A stretch of 64,000 nt of DNA from Octopus sinensis (Eukaryota): the NCBI RefSeq assembly GCF_006345805.1, contig NC_043015.1:26784001-26848000 (forward strand). The letters are read 5' to 3'. A program made the position numbers and the translations under genes. Every line of letters begins with the position of its first letter. Within the stretch, counting starts at the first letter, position 1. This document shows positions 56,545 through 64,000 of this stretch, one piece after another. Below the pieces are notes generated by a model. That model saw only the letters and a list, made by a program, of their open reading frames with translations. It did not search any database and had not been told where the DNA came from.

Positions 56545-56730
56545 ACACAAGGCCAGCAATTAGTTTTAAACCAATTACATCGACCCCAGCATTTGACTGG
56601 TACTTAGTTCTTATGGACCCCGCAAGGATGAAAGACAAACTCGGTCTCGGCGGAATTTGAACGTAGCGGCAGACGAAATGTCGCTAAGCATTTTGCCCGA
56701 TATGGTAACGATTCTGCCATCTCACTGCCA
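56545..56730 (-). mobile_element. tRNA-derived SINE, diverged
   Basis: atcgaccccag..ctggtact..ggatgaaag..cggcggaatttgaac..cagacgaaat, homologous to 8373-8742. Confidence 0.75.
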
Positions 56731-56764
56731 TATATATTTTTTCCATGATATAAACCAGGGTTAA

Positions 56765-56962
56765 GGAGGCGAATTGGCAGAATTGTTAGCAAACCAAGCA
56801 AAATGTTCTGCAACATTTCGTCCGTCGTTACGTTCATTGTTCAAACCCCGCTGATGTTGACTTTCCTTTCATCTCTCGGGGTCAATAAAATAAGTACCAG
56901 TTGAGTACTGGGGTAGATGTAATCGACTTACCCACTCCCCCAAAATTTCTGGCTTGTGCGAA
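56765..56962 (+). mobile_element. tRNA-derived SINE, diverged
   Basis: ggcgaattggcagaattgttagc..gttcaaacccc..ctttcatc..aagtaccagttgagtactgggg; inverse orientation to 56545-56730. Confidence 0.75.
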
Positions 56963-57706
56963 ACTTCATACAAAGATTAAGCAGGGTTTGAAATGTCTTC
57001 AACCTTTATAAAGATCTTAAAATAAGGCACTGCAGATTTATAAACTGGTTATTTCTTTAGCAAATCTATTGTATTTGCTAGTGGTTTCTCAAGCTCATCG
57101 ATATTATAACTGATTCAAACATTGCAAAATATATTCAAAGTCGACCTTCGTTTGTTTGACTCCCTCTGGGGGAATTTCATTGTGTATTTACAGAACTGAG
57201 CATTTGCTGACACGTTCTGCGTTTCATTTGATGTTTTGTCAGTTGATTTCCATTGAGAAGCCTTCGTAACATTCGTTTAATTAACCGAGCATCCGACAAA
57301 CTTAATTAATGCACAACTGGCTGAATATTTCGCAGACATATATTCTTTTAACATGATTCCTCCACCGAATCAGCGTGGCAGAATAAGTGCTAATGTCGGG
57401 CGATTCATCCAACGAACATCCAACGAAAAATTCATCCATACACTTTCCGCCCATTCAAATTTTCTCTCCAAGATGCTACGCCATGGAATCGAACTCGGGA
57501 TTATGATGTTAACTTCTTAAATATCCTTCTACCCTTGTTCAAGTAATTCTCAAAAGCATATATCAATTCGTGTGAGAAGCCGATATGTTGAAAGTAAGCT
57601 TCCTTTCAAACAGAAAATCTATTTGGCATCCTCTTTTGGGAAATAAAAAGTGTTACATCCTTAAAAACACTCGGGGAATAAACATTAAAGAACTTTTATC
57701 TTTGTT

Positions 57707-57755
<49 letters not shown>

Positions 57756-58872
57756 AAGAGAGTGAAGGGGAGAGACAAAGAGAGAGGGAGAGAGAATCAA
57801 TTACACAGAGTCAGAGAAAGAGACAATGCCTTAGCCTTTTGTATCCAACCTTCAGGCTGGCATGAATTATGCGGTTGGTGATGAGCGTAGAATTAAGAAG
57901 ATCAATATATGTTAGGTGGTATACGATGGGTTAAAGAGAAATTCTGGGTCTGCCAGAATCATTGGGTAATATATGTAGACAGATCATGAACGGGGCAGTA
58001 AGGTACAATAGAAATGATGAAAGGTAGAATAAGTGTGTGTGGATTTAGGTGAACGTGTTGTGGCTCTTGAGAGTTTAAAGAAAGTATCCCTATCTTCTCT
58101 TTTTCTGCTCTGGTCTAAGACTCCATTACTCGATCCGTCCCTCTTTTTTAAGACGAAAAGGTGTTATCTGAAAAAGATTTGGTTGATAATTCTAGAACTC
58201 TTCGCAAACTCATACACGATCTTTGTTAGATATAGTACTTATTTACGACCAGGTTAATTACAGGTTAACCGTGGATTGGTTACGAATAAGTAGAACCTAG
58301 TATCAAAGAGTTTCTAACCGTGATCACCTACTGTATATAAAGGATTATATTATCGCATCATGTTTAAGAAAGATGTGACTGTTATTTCTACCAGAGCACC
58401 TGTTAGCGTGACAGGTTTTGTACCTGAACCCAACATAAAACCAAGGCATCTGAGTTCGGATCCTATGTTGTCTTTGTTTTACATTTCATCACAAATTTCA
58501 ATAAAAGGAAATAACAAAGCATATATTTAGCTCAAGTTCGATCAACAAAATACACTTCGAACAACAACAACAACAAAATGAGTTCGGTTGGATTGGATCG
58601 AAATGAATCTATGTTATAAAAGCAAGTTAGAGGAGCGAACAGAAAAGCACAGACAAACAAGTACCACGATACAACGAAAAAATAAACAGAAAGACATGGC
58701 AATTCAATAATTTAAAACTTACCACTCAGCCGGAAACTGTTTCTCGATATGAATCCAGTCGCTTCTGACGGACATTTTTCCTTCCATTGTGTCTATATTT
58801 CATCGTCTTCCTCCTCCTGACAACCCTTACATATGCACACACGCGCACACTAACACACACTCTCTCTTTCTC

Positions 58873-58955
<83 letters not shown>

Positions 58956-59349
58956 CACGTACGCACGCACACATCCACAGCCGAACACAAACACAAGCAC
59001 TCTATCTCTTACTCTCCCTAATTCTGTTGCTTGGTGTTGATTGTATGGATGGCCAAAGGGCACATTCACTTGCATTGAATTCATATTTCACAACCAGCTT
59101 GGCAGTTATGTCCTCCCATACGACATACACACATGATTTACTTTGTCACTGTTACCTAGATTGTTCAGTAAGGTTAAAGAAGAGATAAACTAGCTTCCTA
59201 TCCCGAGGCAAAAATATTTCTGTCACACGCACCACATTGTAAACACTGAAAATAAATTTAACGATCATCACAAGTATTATTCATAGGGCAAAATGTTTCG
59301 TTAGTTATTTCTTCTTCTTCTTCTTCTTCTTCTTCTTCTTCTTCTTCTT

Positions 59350-59380
<31 letters not shown>

Positions 59381-59417
59381 ACACACACACACACATATAT
59401 ATATGTATATATATATG

Positions 59418-59449
<32 letters not shown>

Positions 59450-59533
59450 TTAAAAATTAAGGGTAGAAATTGATATTAGTCAATTAAAACCAGTGGTCTA
59501 GCACATTAAAAAGAATCCGAAGATTAAAATATT

Positions 59534-59931
59534 TATATATACCAATTAAGGACTGAACACGAAAAGGTGGACAGTCAACATGCTAGATATAGACGTCAAA
59601 TCGCCATTCTCCACAAAGATTTTGTTCTCAAATAAAAATAAAATTCAGCACGACCTAAAGCAATGGATGAGACAAAAGAAAAATACTAAATGGAATAATT
59701 ACCTACGTACTGCAGTTTCAGCTATTAATATTAATATTAATAGCTGAAACTGCAGTACGTAGGTAATTATTCCATTTAGTATTTTTCTTTTGTCTCATCC
59801 ATTGCTTTAGGTCGTGCTGAATTTTATTTTTATTTGAGAACAAAATCTTTGTGGAGAATGGCGATTTGACGTCTATATCTAGCATGTTGACTGTCCCCCT
59901 TTTCGTGTTCAGTCCTTAATTGGTATATATA
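59534..59931. repeat. 398-bp spacerless palindrome
   Basis: Axis at 59732/59733; one mismatch seen (59568 T vs 59897 C). Confidence 0.95.
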
Positions 59932-59941
59932 TATATATATA

Positions 59942-59993
<52 letters not shown>

Positions 59994-60112
59994 AGAGGAA
60001 AAGATGATAAGGCAGAATGCTAAATTGAAAGTAAATTTTAATAAAAATGGGTATATGAAAGATTAAAAAAAAAATGAAACCGACTTTCATTGCAAGGCAA
60101 GTACCGTTGGCG

Positions 60113-60250
60113 ATTTTTTTCCTCTGTCTTCCCTTCTCTGAAACTTTCCTTCTCCTATGTTTCCGACGAAGAGCTCCGCTCGAAACGTTAAACCCTCCTT
60201 CTTCCCTTCCTTCCTGAGCGTCCAATAATACTATATTTGTTCCACGTCCA
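60113..60250 (+). mobile_element. Solo non-autonomous PLE 3'-end repeat with HHR motif (60159-60193)
   Basis: Same family as 2669-2847; followed by short (TA)n. Confidence 0.75.
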
Positions 60251-60989
60251 TATATATATACTTCTGTTTCTGTTATTAAATTGAAGTATTATCAAATATA
60301 TTTAGTAAAGCCCAAATGTATTATTTTTGCAAAGTGCTTCGAAGTTTCGGCCAGCTAATTCATCATTTCACCATAATTCGTTTAAGTTCATCTAACCGTT
60401 ATATTGTCTTATAAACTTTATATTGTTTTTGATCAAAATATTATTCCGTAGCGTATCAATCTTCTGTTTATCAATTTAAATGTACTTATTTAATAATAAT
60501 TATTTTTTATATAAATATCCAATTTCAAGAATGGACACTATTTCATAGTATGTTATTTGTTCTTATAAACATTTGCCAAAGTCGGAATTTTTTTTAAATG
60601 CGCAAGGAATTCGATGCCAGGTTATTCTTCAATCCTTCTTGCATAAATGTATGTGTGCGAGTTTTTGCAGATACCTGGACATATTTTAGAAAATTAGTGG
60701 TGGTGGTGGTGGTGGTGGGGGAACTTTTGAAAATTTGGTAACTCATTGATAATGACTTGTATAGTGTGCAGTTCTAAAATCAGCTTTTATGGGTATCATT
60801 ACGGAGGTAGTTAATAGAGAAAGTAGATATGGAACATTAATTAAACAATAACTCCTTAAGGCGGACCACAAAGTAAAGGAGAATGAATACGATCAATTTC
60901 ACTATAATAAAGAATTGTTGAGGAGTAATTAAGAAACCATGAGACAGAGTAATCAATAGAAGTATCTTGGTTCCGCCTGACCCAAGAAG

Positions 60990-61470
60990 GTGAGGCAAAG
61001 CAATTCAACGGGAAGGCTCATGGTTATCCCCTCTTTTGACCCGACGATCAACAAAAATAATTTTGTGGAGGTTTTGAGAGAGTTGAGAAAGACATTTTGT
61101 CGCAAAAGGTCAAAGCTGTTCCATTCAGATAAGCGGCATCTGAACCATTACCATGCACCAGTCCACAATTCCATCCCAGGAACCATCCGAATGACAGAGA
61201 TGGGCATTAAGACCGTCACTTACCGTGCTTACATTCCATTCCTTGTTTGCTGTGGCTTTTCGTTGTTCTACAAACATAAGGAAAAGTTGAAGGACGCTCT
61301 GAACAGTTTAGATATGAAGAACTGCCATCCAGGCCCTTTACGAAGTGGTTAGACTGCTGTAAAAAGTGCATTGTAGTCAGAGAATCCTACTTTGAAGGAG
61401 CTAAAAGTTTTGTATTGCTTCGAAATTGATAAAGGAGAAAGTCTCAAAATTTTGGCATGCACCTTGTAGC
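60990..61470 (+). pseudogene. mariner transposase catalytic-region relic
   Basis: VEVLRELRK..HYHAPVHNS..MGIKTV..; degenerate HDNAP and PYSPDLAP-CDF motifs. Confidence 0.65.
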
Positions 61471-61629
61471 TTTCAGTTTCTTGCTATCTTTGGGTTGGGA
61501 TGAAGTAGATATCAGCAAAACCGCTTCTCTGTAGATCTCATTATAATTCAGGGCTGTCTTGTTGAAGCCCTCGCATTATTTATCTGTTACCTTCTCTCTC
61601 CTTCTCTCTTCCTCACCTATCCATTTGTT

Positions 61630-61681
<52 letters not shown>

Positions 61682-62055
61682 TCTGTCTCTCTCCCACCTT
61701 TGTCCTTCTTCCTTCTTCCCCGCTGTCGTGTTGTACATTGTTACAGATTTTTCTGCCATTATCAGCGACTACTTTTCCAAATAAAGCTAATGTCTTTGAA
61801 TATTCACAGAATCCTAGCTTCGCTTTCTGTATGGTCAGTATGTGTCTGTATCGATGTCAACAGTTATGTTCAGGAGGTATACCTTATTTACGTTGATAGT
61901 AACTGTTAGAGTTAGGAAGAATTTGAACAGCCATGCAGCTTTATCGGTGTTCAAGCGGCGATGAAAAGAAATTAAATTAGTGATCACTAGCGTGTTTTTA
62001 AAAGAAGGAAACAAACTATGGCGACTGCTGTCTACCTCTGGTAAATCAAGATATA

Positions 62056-63104
62056 ATAATAATGTTCGTCCTTCGGGTTCGAAGATGACCATTGACATCA
62101 TTTGGTGGAATTGCTGCTATGAGACCGGAGGTGGCTGGTGAGGCCAATCTAGGCAAGAAAGCCCCTCCGACAGGTGGGGCAGAAGTGGGTAGGAGCTGTG
62201 CTATTGGTGCAGGTGGCTCTGGCTTTCCGCATCTGGCGTTTCTGTTCTGCTGACTGAATCCGTCTCTCTTCGGCTGTCTTTGCTCCTGTGGTGATTGCGC
62301 TGCGCCAGGATGAGCGGTCGGCAGCAAGTGTCTCCCAAATCTCTGTGCCGATGGAGAAGTCTTTGAGAGAGACTATGAGACTGTCTTTGAAGCGCTTCTT
62401 CTGCCCTCTGACTTTGCGTTTGCCCTGGCTGAGTTCACCGTAGAAGAGCTGTTTGGGAATGCGAGTGTCGGACATGCGGGAGACGTGGCCTGCCCATCTC
62501 AGCTGGGCCTTGCGCATGATCGTGATGGTGCTAGGGAGATTTGCCTGCTTCAGAACTTCCGTGTCTGGAACTGTGTCCTGCCAGCGGATGTGAAGGAGGT
62601 TCCGAAGACACCTGAGATGGAAGTGGTTAATCTGGCGCTCGTTGCCTTCGGTAAGCAGTCCACGTCTCGCACCCGTATAGTAGGGTGGTAAGCACGACTG
62701 CCCGGTAGACTTTCAGCTTGGTGTTGAGGCTGATTCCTCTCCGCTCCCAGACTTTCTTTCGCAGTCTCCCAAACGCGCTGCTTGCCTTGGAGACTCTGTT
62801 GATGATTTCAGAATCTATGTTGGCATTGCAGGAGAGAGTGCTGCCCAGGTAGGTGAAGTTTTCCACCGCTCGTAGGATCCGTCCGTTCACCTTTATCTGA
62901 GGTTCATGGTATTGTTTGCCGGGAGCTGGCTGAAACATCACTTTGGTTTTCTTGGCATTGATGGTGAGACCGAAGTTGTCACAGGCTGATAAGAACCTGT
63001 CCATCCTGAGCTCCATCTCCTGCTCATCGATTGCGTTAAGGGCGCAGTCGTCAGCAAAGAGAAAGTCTCTGACGACTGTCTCCCTCACCTTTGTGACGGA
63101 GATA
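62056..63104 (-). mobile_element. 5'-truncated RTE-clade LINE with 14-bp target-site duplication
   Basis: FLFADDCAL, FGLTINAKKTKVM, FTYLGSTLS, ASSAFGRL, LLYGCETW, LRWAGHVSRM..RIPKQLFYGEL, C-terminal CPTC..GLTSH. TSD TAAATCAAGATATA at 62042-62055 and 63105-63118. Confidence 0.92.
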
Positions 63105-64000
63105 TAAATCAAGATATAGTGGACAATAAAAGGATGAATAAATAAATAAGATTCACCCCGAGAGTACTGCGTGATGGTAGCGTCACAACGTAGCTGCATT
63201 CCAGAAACTGAAACAAGAAAGAGGAAAAACAAAGAAAGCGAATGAAAATGGCTCGAACAGCAGAATCGAAACTGTATTGGTAACATGGCGCAGCTTTACA
63301 CGGATTTCAACCAACAAAATTCAATAAACCCTAAAGCCACTAAAAGAGTAGGTAGGACTCGAACTCCTATCACAAACATTTCCAGCTTTACAGGTAACTA
63401 ACAAAAAGATTCACAGGTAACTAACAAAAAGACAAACGAAATAAGGAAAACGTAATTAACACCTTTGTGAAATTTCACTTTTCATTAACCTGTTGTAGGA
63501 ACCCACCATAACTACTCTTGTAATATATCACAATTATATTGCTCTTTTTCAATTAATATTAAATACGGTGATACTGCAGAGAAAAATAAAATACAATTGA
63601 ATATCATCGTAAATAAAAGTGTAACCGTTTAAAATTTTAATTTTAATTAGTTACGGTTTTTTAGCTTGTTTTTTTTTTAATATTATATCTGAAATTTCCT
63701 TTTCTTTATCTGGTTAACAGAAATTTTCAATTTTTGACTGTCTTACTCTGCTTTAAATATCACACTATTTCATTGGATATTTCATGACCAGCATTGGCAA
63801 CCATCTTGTATAAAGCTTTGAGCATGTTTACAGGTATTTGCCGTTTTTATTTATCTTTTTTTTTATATCTTTATAATTATACAACACACACAAACACTCG
63901 CAAATACACAACGACAGTGCCATTAACGCAATCAACCATATACATATGCATGTATATACTCATATACAACAGACTTCTTTCAGTCTCTGTCCATCAATTC

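Overview
AT-rich eukaryotic non-genic or deep-intronic DNA. The SINE families and extreme microsatellite load resemble an octopod cephalopod genome; this is recognition from memory, not a database result. No host gene could be supported, and nearly all listed ORFs are translations of microsatellites. The centrepiece is an apparently full-length, C-rich Penelope-like retroelement (PLE; Neptune-type RT plus GIY-YIG, ~949 aa from ATG 19313) between two ~377-bp direct repeats that each carry a minimal hammerhead ribozyme (HHR) motif. Solo copies of that repeat, other HHR variants (one with a G3:C8 covariant core) and three long fold-back inverted repeats next to (TA)n tracts occur elsewhere, suggesting a microsatellite-targeting PLE/HHR system with non-autonomous partners. 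A second system is a set of R4/Dong-like (RLE endonuclease) LINE fragments and a 556-bp non-coding element, mostly embedded in (TAA)n arrays. The rest comprises RTE and CR1-like LINE fragments, Tc1/mariner/maT relics, a non-autonomous Helitron, tRNA-like SINEs and two adjacent tandem duplications that may be assembly artefacts.
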